A stretch of DNA of 64,000 nt from a virus: IMG/VR virus record IMGVR_UViG_3300033076_001343, positions 8,271 through 72,270 of that record. One strand, given 5' to 3'. The translations under genes were made by a program, and so were the position numbers. The notes under the pieces are model-generated. The model was given only the letters and a program-made list of their open reading frames with translations, did no database searches and had not been told where the DNA came from. Positions 54,954-63,608 of this stretch are shown here, in pieces; position 1 is the first letter of the stretch, and each line of letters begins with the position of its first letter.

Positions 54954-54980
54954 AAAAACCCCACCTTGTGAGTGGGGTTT
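54954..54980 (-). terminator. family terminator
   Basis: AAAAAACCCCACCTTGTGAGTGGGGTTT. Confidence 0.6.
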
Positions 54981-54984
54981 AAGG

Positions 54985-55929
54985 TTATTTTATATTCAAA
55001 AATGTTCCTGAACTTCCCGCCACCGTAGTTGGTAACTTTCCATCCCATGCTTGAGCTTTCAAAAACTCAACATATAGAGGTGTAAGTTCTCGTTGTTTAA
55101 TCTTCATGGACAAAGCCGCAGCACTTGCCTTGATGATTGTTTCTGCGGAGTCAGCTCGTGCTACAGCCACCTTACGTTTACCGTCAGCGATTGCTGTAAG
55201 AGCTTGTTGTTCAGCTGCTTCTGCTTGTTGGATTGCCTTAGTTTTAGAGATAATCGCTTCTTGTAGAGATTCAGGTGGAACGATATTAGTTCTCAACTGA
55301 CTTACGTTAAACCATTTAGAAAGACGCTTATTACACTCAATAACAATAGAAGATTCAAATTGTTGACGGTGATTAAAGATACTATCTACTTCCCATGTAT
55401 TTGCCACGTCATTAACCGCTCCGATAATTGCGTTCTTTAACCAATTCTGTTCAACCTCACGAATATCTTTACGTAGATTCACAAACATATCACCAATCGC
55501 GTCTTCTTTTAAGGAATAGTTGAATGTCGGTTTGATAGTTGCAGAGAATCCACCTTTAAGGATTACACCTTGGTCTTCATATTCAATATGTTGTTGGAAT
55601 GTAGGGAACTCCAATACTTGTTCTGTCCATGTATTATACACAACCCAACCTGTTTTGTATTGGTAACTTGATACTCCACGTTGATTACCGATGAGGTTAA
55701 TCTTCAAACCTTTGTGTCCCGCATCAATCTTCTCGATTGCGTATGGTTGAACGATTGAAAGAATCGTACCGACCAAAAATAATAGAATCGGTTTTAGTAA
55801 CCATAAAGGTTTGAACTCACTCTCGTCACCATATCTTGTTTGGGTGACGGTAAACATTTCATTTCTTGTCTTGTATGCAACAAGACCCGCGGCGATTAAA
55901 AATCCGAAAAAAATTAAAGTACTAATCAT
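54985..55929 (-). CDS. SPFH/band-7 (prohibitin/HflK-like) membrane protein
   Basis: N-terminal TM; SPFH core; C-terminal Ala/Gln-rich coiled coil (AIQQAEAAEQQALTAIADGKRK). Confidence 0.75.
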   Translation of the reverse strand: MISTLIFFGFLIAAGLVAYKTRNEMFTVTQTRYGDESEFKPLWLLKPILLFLVGTILSIVQPYAIEKIDAGHKGLKINLIGNQRGVSSYQYKTGWVVYNTWTEQVLEFPTFQQHIEYEDQGVILKGGFSATIKPTFNYSLKEDAIGDMFVNLRKDIREVEQNWLKNAIIGAVNDVANTWEVDSIFNHRQQFESSIVIECNKRLSKWFNVSQLRTNIVPPESLQEAIISKTKAIQQAEAAEQQALTAIADGKRKVAVARADSAETIIKASAAALSMKIKQRELTPLYVEFLKAQAWDGKLPTTVAGSSGTFLNIK

Positions 55930-56146
55930 TTTGTTTTTCTTTTTGTTTTAAATTGTTTTGAACTAAATTAACTATGAGTTTTACGATTAAAACTGTGTAG
56001 GTCAAAACTCCCAATCCCAACACAATTTGTAATTCTTTTGCCACTTCTCGGTTTATCACATACTCAAAGTATAATGATAAAACGTGTAAGTAGATAAATG
56101 TAAGGATGATTAATCCCCAACCACTCGAAATAAATTTTTTTAACAT
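55922..56146 (-). CDS. small two-TM membrane protein co-transcribed with the SPFH gene
   Basis: 74 aa; overlaps the SPFH start by 8 nt; TATCTTTG-type motif upstream. Confidence 0.45.
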   Translation of the reverse strand: MLKKFISSGWGLIILTFIYLHVLSLYFEYVINREVAKELQIVLGLGVLTYTVLIVKLIVNLVQNNLKQKEKQND

Positions 56147-56186
56147 CTCTTTTAATTTGATACAAAGATAATAGGTTTTTTTGAAT

Positions 56187-56579
56187 CTACCAAATCCTTA
56201 CAACATTTTCTGTAGATAATTCCATCCCTGTAATAACAAAATAAGCATTCTGTAGTTGATGAACGTATTTCAAAGGTTTCATTATGCTCATCCCCTCAAT
56301 ACCATACAAACCTTCGTGAAGATGAGTTAATGATATTTCATCGTTTTCCCACCATCCATAGTTTCCAATACCAGGTGCATGGTCTTCCATATATCTAAAT
56401 CCAAGTTGTTCTAACAATACATCAGTAATTGTAACTGGTGTAAAGTCATCAATATGAATTGCATTACCTCTTGGAGTTCCAATATAAAATCCGTTAAATG
56501 CTGTTGAACGAATAATCGTATAATCACCAAATATTGGGTGGTGAACCAAATTTCCTACTCTTACTTCTTCTATTGTCAT
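56187..56579 (-). CDS. hypothetical protein
   Basis: 130-aa ORF. Confidence 0.45.
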   Translation of the reverse strand: MTIEEVRVGNLVHHPIFGDYTIIRSTAFNGFYIGTPRGNAIHIDDFTPVTITDVLLEQLGFRYMEDHAPGIGNYGWWENDEISLTHLHEGLYGIEGMSIMKPLKYVHQLQNAYFVITGMELSTENVVRIW

Positions 56580-56745
56580 CTTTAATCTATTGGATGTGCG
56601 TCTTTAGGGTATATATTATTTAGTGCTCGGAATATGTCAACCGACATAACATCTAACTCTTCTTGCATTCTTTTATAATCAACATTATGTATTGATGTAC
56701 CTCCTGACATGGAAAACATTTCGTATAGTGGATTATCATTCATAA

Positions 56746-56946
56746 TTAATCAATTGGGTGAGCGTCTCTATGTGATAAACTCATACGTTTTACCGTAGTT
56801 TTATATTTCCATATCATTTCATCAGAATAGTGGTTATTATATTCATAATAGTATTCATCTTTATCTGATGCACTCACGTAGTTATAACTCACATAATCAT
56901 ATGTACGATTATCAACAACAGAATAACTCCAATATTCTTCTTTCAT
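56746..56946 (-). CDS. hypothetical Tyr-rich small protein
   Basis: 66-aa ORF. Confidence 0.35.
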   Translation of the reverse strand: MKEEYWSYSVVDNRTYDYVSYNYVSASDKDEYYYEYNNHYSDEMIWKYKTTVKRMSLSHRDAHPID

Positions 56947-57118
56947 TATGACAACTCCCTACTATATAAATTCGCCAAGATAATTCTTGCGAATCTAAAA
57001 TCTTTGGCGCGATTTAACTTTAACCCATATGCCAAGGCGATTGGTTTAAGGTGGGGATATGCTTCACTGATTGTCATTTTTCCGATTTCCATAACGTGTT
57101 TTTTACAAATATAATAAA

Positions 57119-57526
57119 TTATTCTTCAGGTAAAAACAATCTACCAAAAAGCTCTCTATTTGATGGTGGTCTAACTAAAGTCATCTCCACGACTCCAAAT
57201 TTTACAAATTCATAGTCAGGATATGTAAAATTGAATAGTTTATTAATTTCTTCAGAATAATAATCCTTAACACCTTGAGGTTGTTGATTAGGTTTAATAT
57301 CTACCGATAAATTTAATCTAAATTTCTCAATAGGTTCAAACGTTGCTGGGTTATATACCAATGATGATTGTACATCAGTTATTCTAAAATTAAGAATTTC
57401 AGGAAACATTTTCATTACAACTTGATAAAGTTGATTAGGTATTACCAACATGGAATTATCAAATACTTTGTATCTGGTATCATGATTCACTGACAATGTT
57501 TCGGTAAATTTTGGAAAATCACACAT
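57119..57526 (-). CDS. hypothetical protein
   Basis: 135-aa ORF. Confidence 0.45.
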   Translation of the reverse strand: MCDFPKFTETLSVNHDTRYKVFDNSMLVIPNQLYQVVMKMFPEILNFRITDVQSSLVYNPATFEPIEKFRLNLSVDIKPNQQPQGVKDYYSEEINKLFNFTYPDYEFVKFGVVEMTLVRPPSNRELFGRLFLPEE

Positions 57527-57554
57527 GGCAGAATTATAAGAAAATAAAATGAAA

Positions 57555-57584
57555 CAAAAAACCCATCCTTGTGAGATGGGTTAA
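57555..57584 (-). terminator. family terminator (variant)
   Basis: AAAAAACCCATCCTTGTGAGATGGGTT. Confidence 0.5.
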
Positions 57585-57586
57585 AA

Positions 57587-58969
57587 TTATTTCTTTTTAT
57601 ATGCTTTAAATGGTTTGTCTTTATGTATGACTTCTCGACCTTTACCCGCAGGAGTTACATAATAATTTTTATTCTTAAAGATTATAAAACTATTTCCTTT
57701 GTTATATAAGATATACCCCAAGTCTTTTTTATTTTTATAACTATTGTTCATACCATAGGTATAAACCTTAATATCACCATTTGGCATTCTTTCAGTTCTA
57801 TCAACAGGTTTTATTTGAATGGTCATCGGTTGTTCTCCTGCGATTTTTAATGTAAGGTCAATAGAATCGTATCGGTCTCTCTTATTACCAGGGGGATAAA
57901 CCTCATATTCAAAATTTATTCCATTACTCTCCAAAAAATCGCTAAGATTTTTCAACGCCAAAAGTTCATTTTCAATACCACCTTTAATTGAGTTCCATTG
58001 TTTATTTAATAATGTCTTTAGAAATTTATCATCATTTTGGAACACCGAGCTCAACCATTCAATTTTATCACCCGAACCTTCTTCCCTCCATTTTTTATTA
58101 ATCAAGGCTTTGACCTCCGACTTTGTATCAAAAAAGTTCATTATTGACCAATCAATATCCATGTCAGTTTTTTCTCCAATTGTATGAATACCTCTAATAC
58201 CTGCAGTGGAATCACCATCTTCTTCAAACCAATTATCAGGAAAGGCCATTTTTAACGATTCTAAAATTTCGTCAGATGTAAAATCACCTTCAGTTGGTTT
58301 TTGTTCTTTCACTTTCATCAATGATAAAAGTTTATCATAATAAACATTTTTTAAATCAGTACCATAAACATATGGAGAGTTACCTTTAGTATGGATTATT
58401 CTACTATCAAATTCAAATTCACCAAAAGGACCTATAAAATATACCGTTCTTGGAGTTTCAGGTTCACGGTATTCACTTGAGTTAAAATCTGGTCCGTTAA
58501 AAAATACTACTCCAATTTGTGACTCACTATCTTTTTTTGGGAGAACTCCAATTCGACTATATTCATAATCAGGATAATCCTCATCAAAGTCTTCAACTTT
58601 TGTTACCTCAGATATTTCTTCATTAATTGAAATTGGCCAAATTCTTGTAAAGTCAAACTCCACACCCAAAACATCACTACAATATTCTCCAATAAGTGCA
58701 CTCGCCTCAAATCTATTGACATCAAACATTGACATAATGTTTTTAACAAATGATGAAGAAATTGCCAATTGCAGTTCACCTGCATTATTTTTTCGAACTT
58801 TAACTTGATATTGGTTATCTCCATCAAACTTATATCCTGGACCATCCTCATCACCAACACGAACCATATTTGCAAACGTCATATCCAAAAACCTTTTGAC
58901 CATACCACTTGTACGGTCTTCAGTTTCCATCAACTTTTCAAACTGTGATTCAGTTATAATATATCTCAT
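57587..58969 (-). CDS. leader-family B protein (MRYIITESQFEKLMETED), 460 aa
   Basis: Leader motif; the internal − ORF 58603-58875 in another frame is judged spurious. Confidence 0.55.
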   Translation of the reverse strand: MRYIITESQFEKLMETEDRTSGMVKRFLDMTFANMVRVGDEDGPGYKFDGDNQYQVKVRKNNAGELQLAISSSFVKNIMSMFDVNRFEASALIGEYCSDVLGVEFDFTRIWPISINEEISEVTKVEDFDEDYPDYEYSRIGVLPKKDSESQIGVVFFNGPDFNSSEYREPETPRTVYFIGPFGEFEFDSRIIHTKGNSPYVYGTDLKNVYYDKLLSLMKVKEQKPTEGDFTSDEILESLKMAFPDNWFEEDGDSTAGIRGIHTIGEKTDMDIDWSIMNFFDTKSEVKALINKKWREEGSGDKIEWLSSVFQNDDKFLKTLLNKQWNSIKGGIENELLALKNLSDFLESNGINFEYEVYPPGNKRDRYDSIDLTLKIAGEQPMTIQIKPVDRTERMPNGDIKVYTYGMNNSYKNKKDLGYILYNKGNSFIIFKNKNYYVTPAGKGREVIHKDKPFKAYKKK

Positions 58970-58987
58970 AATAATAAATACCTTTAA

Positions 58988-59563
58988 TTAACCTTCACTA
59001 AACCCTCCACTCGACGATAATTCATCTGTATCAATATCATAGTTGTCTTTTAACCATTTAGTTAACATCTCTTCAATTCTGAGGTGGTTAATACCAAAAA
59101 TATAAGATAATACACCTCCAAGTATTCTATTATTAACTGTTACTCTTATCTTCCCAGAAGGGAAAGTAATTACACCAGCAATTTTAGTCCCATTATGGTC
59201 TTTTAGAAACGTCCATTGTGGGTTTGGCTCGAACTCATCAAATTTTAAGTTATCAAATAATTTTAAAAAATCATCAGGAGTATTTATTTCAAGTATTTTT
59301 GCGAAATTTTTGGCACCACCAGCAACAATTACTGCAGCTTCATAACCTCTTGTAGTTAAAATGTCATATACATCTGATTTTGTAAGTCTGTTCTTAAGAA
59401 TCGTTTTAACGTTTTCAATATCACCAAAATATTTTTCAACATTTCTTAAACCATGAGATTTAATTAAATCAACCAACGCATCCCCCTTTGGCTGATTTTC
59501 AGCGATAACTCGTTTGACAATTCTAGTTAAGTCAGATTCCGTTAGTTTTATGATTTTTGGCAA
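58988..59563 (-). CDS. leader-family A protein (MPKIIKLTESDLTRIVKRVIAE) with probable TTG start
   Basis: Leader alignment requires initiation at TTG (plus-strand CAA, 59561-59563); TTGTATTTATAATAAACAAATTTAATT upstream. Confidence 0.5.
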   Translation of the reverse strand: MPKIIKLTESDLTRIVKRVIAENQPKGDALVDLIKSHGLRNVEKYFGDIENVKTILKNRLTKSDVYDILTTRGYEAAVIVAGGAKNFAKILEINTPDDFLKLFDNLKFDEFEPNPQWTFLKDHNGTKIAGVITFPSGKIRVTVNNRILGGVLSYIFGINHLRIEEMLTKWLKDNYDIDTDELSSSGGFSEG

Positions 59564-59614
59564 AATTAAATTTGTTTATTATAAATACAATTAAGGGTTA
59601 AAAAACTTTGCAGA

Positions 59615-60163
59615 TTGATTTTATTTAATTATCTTTGTTATATGAAAAAGTTAGTCACATTATTATCATTACTCTTAAGTGTTGTGGGCTTTACTCAAAC
59701 AAGAAAAGATATTGTCCCTAACAATATTGATATCAACTACCTTAACTCTTTAGTTCTCCAAATTTGTAATGAAAGAACCAAAGATAGTTCCGTATTCAAA
59801 ACAACAAGTTCTGTAACATTCAAATGTGCTGAATACCAATCAAGCTACATGGCTAAATACTCCATTTGTACTCACAATAATTTAAATACTCACAGAGGTG
59901 TAACTTTGAAAACAATTGTTGACCGAAAAAAATATTTTGATAAGTCTTCAGTGAATTCAATCGCTGAGATTTGCACATTCGCAACAGTAACAAAAAAAGT
60001 AACTTACGAAGAGTTGGCAAATACAATTATTGATAATTACTTCCTATCATCAGTTCATAAAAAAACTATCTTTAATGATTATCCATATGGTAGTTTTTCG
60101 TGTACTGTGGGAACATACGAAGGACAAAATGGTGTATACGTTACAGGATTCTTTAGTCGATGA
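59615..60163 (+). CDS. secreted hypothetical protein
   Basis: Signal peptide MKKLVTLLSLLLSVVGFTQ; the only + gene in the 44-64 kb block. Confidence 0.45.
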   Translation: MILFNYLCYMKKLVTLLSLLLSVVGFTQTRKDIVPNNIDINYLNSLVLQICNERTKDSSVFKTTSSVTFKCAEYQSSYMAKYSICTHNNLNTHRGVTLKTIVDRKKYFDKSSVNSIAEICTFATVTKKVTYEELANTIIDNYFLSSVHKKTIFNDYPYGSFSCTVGTYEGQNGVYVTGFFSR

Positions 60164-61420
60164 TTATTCGTATGATACGAATGAAAAACTCAACATCTCA
60201 ATAAACAGAAGACCGTCAGCTTCTTTAACAATAACAGGTCGAGAATCTGTAACAAACTTAGTACTTGAGTCAACTCTTGTATCGTAAGTCCTATCGTCGA
60301 AACTAGCGGTAACTATTTCACCAAAAGACATTCCGTCAACAATAAATGTATTACCTTTAATTTCACCAGAAACCTCTTTTTTGTTTAGGAAATTACCTGC
60401 AGTTCTATAACCCATAATACCTTTTCCGTCACCAGTAAATAATCCTTTAACTGATGTAACATCGCCTCTTTTAACTGCAACGGCACCATTAGGGAATTTT
60501 ACCGCTTCTAATTTTGGCCCTCCCCACTTTGTCAAATCAAGGTATTCTTTCTTAGCTTCAGCAGGTTTGTCAGTAGTTGTAGATGAGATTGAACCTGGTT
60601 CATCTTTAACGACAACATCAGGTTTTGGAATATCAATAGTGGTTTGTGAAGGTACAACAGTAACACTCTTATAGTCAAAACCTCTTTTACCTTCTTGACC
60701 ATAATAGTTTATACCTGGTTTATAGATAATGTTTTTTGATATGTTAATACCACCAGTCCTATCCATAACGTCTTGAACAATTAAGTTACCCAATTCTTTA
60801 GCTCTTGTATCTGCTAAATATTGGTTCATTTCACTTGGATTTTTAAGTCCATTATATAATGTACCAGGGTGGTCCAATTTAGAATAACCTTTAGGTACAT
60901 CATAAGTTGGTCTTGCAGCGTCTGCAGTACCTTGTATTGTTAATGTACCCATTTGACTCATATGGGCTGATTTAAGGAAGTCCACAATATTTTGAATGAA
61001 TATGTCATACTGAGCTTTAGCATCAGGGAAACTTTCAAATTTTGGTTTAACCATGTTATCAGGGTATGGGAATGCACTATCACTAAGATTTAATGAACTT
61101 AACACTGGTTTTTTCTCTTTTTCAGGTGGAGTTTGTGTTTTGACCTGCTCACCTCCACCAATTATTCGTGGAATGGATGAACCTGAAGTAATACCATATA
61201 GTTTTTTACCATATCCAACATTAACGGCATGGAAATTACTATCTCCTGCAAAGTTTAACATTCCCTTTTTACGACCTTGCCAGTTATATGGTGATTGTTC
61301 TTCGAATGGGTCATAAGCGGATTTTTTATCAATTTGTTCTTGTTCGCTAACCACAACACCTCTTTGATAACCAAAAAGATATTTTATTTTATTTACTTCT
61401 TCATTAATTAAGTTCCCCAT
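60164..61420 (-). CDS. hypothetical protein with MGNLINEE leader-like N-terminus
   Basis: Six-frame ORF extends to 61468, but TGTATTTATAGTTATAGTAGAATTATT precedes the internal Met; start set there. Confidence 0.5.
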   Translation of the reverse strand: MGNLINEEVNKIKYLFGYQRGVVVSEQEQIDKKSAYDPFEEQSPYNWQGRKKGMLNFAGDSNFHAVNVGYGKKLYGITSGSSIPRIIGGGEQVKTQTPPEKEKKPVLSSLNLSDSAFPYPDNMVKPKFESFPDAKAQYDIFIQNIVDFLKSAHMSQMGTLTIQGTADAARPTYDVPKGYSKLDHPGTLYNGLKNPSEMNQYLADTRAKELGNLIVQDVMDRTGGINISKNIIYKPGINYYGQEGKRGFDYKSVTVVPSQTTIDIPKPDVVVKDEPGSISSTTTDKPAEAKKEYLDLTKWGGPKLEAVKFPNGAVAVKRGDVTSVKGLFTGDGKGIMGYRTAGNFLNKKEVSGEIKGNTFIVDGMSFGEIVTASFDDRTYDTRVDSSTKFVTDSRPVIVKEADGLLFIEMLSFSFVSYE

Positions 61421-61455
61421 AATAATTCTACTATAACTATAAATACAATGATAAA

Positions 61456-61486
61456 CAAAAAACCCCACCTGATAAAGATGGGGTTT
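61456..61486 (-). terminator. family terminator
   Basis: AAAAAACCCCACCTGATAAAGATGGGGTTT. Confidence 0.6.
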
Positions 61487-61514
61487 ATATGTAAAAAAAA
61501 AATATTTTATAGGT

Positions 61515-61973
61515 TTAAAACCATTTTTCTGCTTTATTAAATTTCTGCATATAATTTTGGATTTTCATAAAGTGTTGAAAATTCTCATCCGTATAATTAT
61601 TTCCCGCACCCAACATTGCAATTTTTTGTGCCCATTGTTGTATGGTTGATTGAGGTCCAGTCTGTCCTCTTGAACGAATAGCACTTAAAATAGCACTTAA
61701 AATAGTTGGTTTATTTAATTGAGTTTTTACCATTGATAAAAATTTTGAATATTCATTATAATCGGAAAAAAATCCTTTAATCATTACCATATCTTCATTC
61801 CAGTCATCCCCCCATACATGTTTAAAGAACCTTTCAAAACGGTCTTGTTCCTTTGACTTTTTAGGCTGAGGTCCTAATCCAGGATTAATCCCTGATTGAG
61901 GTCCCTGTTCTTGAATAACTCGTTTAACGATACGAGCCAAATCGGATTCTGTAAGTCTTACTATTTTTTTCAT
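61515..61973 (-). CDS. leader-family A protein (MKKIVRLTESDLARIVKRVIQE)
   Basis: 152-aa ORF. Confidence 0.5.
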   Translation of the reverse strand: MKKIVRLTESDLARIVKRVIQEQGPQSGINPGLGPQPKKSKEQDRFERFFKHVWGDDWNEDMVMIKGFFSDYNEYSKFLSMVKTQLNKPTILSAILSAIRSRGQTGPQSTIQQWAQKIAMLGAGNNYTDENFQHFMKIQNYMQKFNKAEKWF

Positions 61974-61986
61974 AATTAAATCACTC

Positions 61987-62727
61987 TTAATCTCGTGTTG
62001 GTATTTTATTAGTAATTGTTAATTTACCTGATGAACAAACCCAATTGATTTCTTGTTTTTTTGGATAACCCTCACCTTTATCTATAACACCAGTACCTCT
62101 TGTCCAATCACTACCAGTTTTGAATAAATGTGTTTCGGACCCGTCACTATTCGTTTTAGAAAATACCTGACCCTCAAAATGTTTAGGTATTCTCATGTAA
62201 TCAATTTGACCCCATTTATACCCTTTAAAACAAGGATTTTCTGGTCTTGTCATACGAACATTCTTTATTAACGGTATTGTTTTTTTTGATACTTCGGCAT
62301 CATCCAAACTAATCAATTCACCTTTCTCAGGAAAAACAAATGTTCTACTTATCGACACAGGTACTCCCTTTTCTAAATTAACACCAAATTCGATTGACAT
62401 TTTCTGAATTTTACTTCCTCCTGAACTTTTTGGAAAAAATCTTCCTCTGAAAGCCATATTAACATATTTAATATCCATTACATTCTTAGCATTAGTATCA
62501 TAAGACATATATATAGGTTCTTCTTTAAGACTATCTAAAAAATAACATTCGTAATTATATCCATCATCTCTATCTTCAGCACAAATTGCCTTATTAATTA
62601 ATTTAGCGGCAACATCTTTAGTGAATTTTGATGCTTGTTTGTCAAATTTACCTGTAGTTTGTTCACTTATCACTCGTTTAACGATACGAGTCAAATCGGC
62701 TTCCGTTAATCTTATAATTTTTTTCAT
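61987..62727 (-). CDS. leader-family A protein (MKKIIRLTEADLTRIVKRVISE)
   Basis: 246-aa ORF; TTGTATATTTATTATAAACGAATTTAATA upstream. Confidence 0.5.
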   Translation of the reverse strand: MKKIIRLTEADLTRIVKRVISEQTTGKFDKQASKFTKDVAAKLINKAICAEDRDDGYNYECYFLDSLKEEPIYMSYDTNAKNVMDIKYVNMAFRGRFFPKSSGGSKIQKMSIEFGVNLEKGVPVSISRTFVFPEKGELISLDDAEVSKKTIPLIKNVRMTRPENPCFKGYKWGQIDYMRIPKHFEGQVFSKTNSDGSETHLFKTGSDWTRGTGVIDKGEGYPKKQEINWVCSSGKLTITNKIPTRD

Positions 62728-62815
62728 TATTAAATTCGTTTATAATAAATATACAATAGGATAAAAAAACCGACCCTTTTTCTGAGATGACACCAACGAG
62801 ATGTCCAAAATATAA

Positions 62816-62900
62816 GGGAAAATAACCGACGAAGTCGGTCGGGGACCGTCGCCACAAAAACGAGGAAAATATCCGACGAAGTCGGTCACCGTCGGCGCGT
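62816..62900 (-). repeat. GC-rich tandem hairpin repeat (two copies of AAAATA(A/T)CCGACGAAGTCGGTC + ACCGTCGSC)
   Basis: 22-nt direct repeats at 62819-62840 and 62867-62888, each an internal palindrome (CCGAC-GAA-GTCGG); GC content far above the genome background. Confidence 0.6.
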
Positions 62901-63013
62901 TCTGGTTAAAAAGATGAATAAAAGATACTATTTTTTATGATTAGATAGATAATCCATCAAAGATAAGAATGAATATACCAATATAAATCCAACTAAGGTA
63001 ATAACATTATTCA

Positions 63014-63307
63014 TTATAAGTTCCAATTAATAATTTCCTCAACAGGAAAATCATACTTATCTTCAAACCATTCACCAGCATATTCCAATGTATCGTCAAA
63101 TGATACTCCAAACATACCCTCAACAGCAGTAATTATATTATTATCAACAAACAATCTTCCACCCTCAAAAACATAATTCCAATCAGTATTGCCGTTTTCA
63201 TCAATAAGAAAAATTTCAACTTCATCTTCGGCAATATCATAGTCTTTAGAATCAAAATAATTCCAAATAAACTTTTTAATTTGTGATTCTTTAATTAGAT
63301 ACTTCAT
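63014..63307 (-). CDS. leader-family B protein (MKYLIKESQIKKFIWNYF)
   Basis: 97 aa, acidic/aromatic-rich. Confidence 0.5.
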   Translation of the reverse strand: MKYLIKESQIKKFIWNYFDSKDYDIAEDEVEIFLIDENGNTDWNYVFEGGRLFVDNNIITAVEGMFGVSFDDTLEYAGEWFEDKYDFPVEEIINWNL

Positions 63308-63608
63308 CGCCTATTACTTTATATTCATAAACCTTTAATCCTGTATGTTCTTCAAACCATGTCATAAAAATATCTTTCCATAAATTACCAAAATAGTTAT
63401 CAAGGTCAGGTGATTCACCAACAGTTAGTTTTCCATCAATGTACTTATACTTAACATAATCATTAACCTCAAAATAAACTTCACCCCAATTGTGATATTC
63501 ATCCTTATAATCTTCATGTTCTAACCAACCAAAGTCAGGATAATAATTATCATCCAAATATTTTCGAATAATTCCATCTATTTGTGATTCTTTAATTAGA
63601 TATTTCAT
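63291..63608 (-). CDS. leader-family B protein (MKYLIKESQIDGIIRKYL)
   Basis: 105 aa; body paralogous to the 63014 product (W/Y/E-rich). Confidence 0.5.
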   Translation of the reverse strand: MKYLIKESQIDGIIRKYLDDNYYPDFGWLEHEDYKDEYHNWGEVYFEVNDYVKYKYIDGKLTVGESPDLDNYFGNLWKDIFMTWFEEHTGLKVYEYKVIGDEVSN

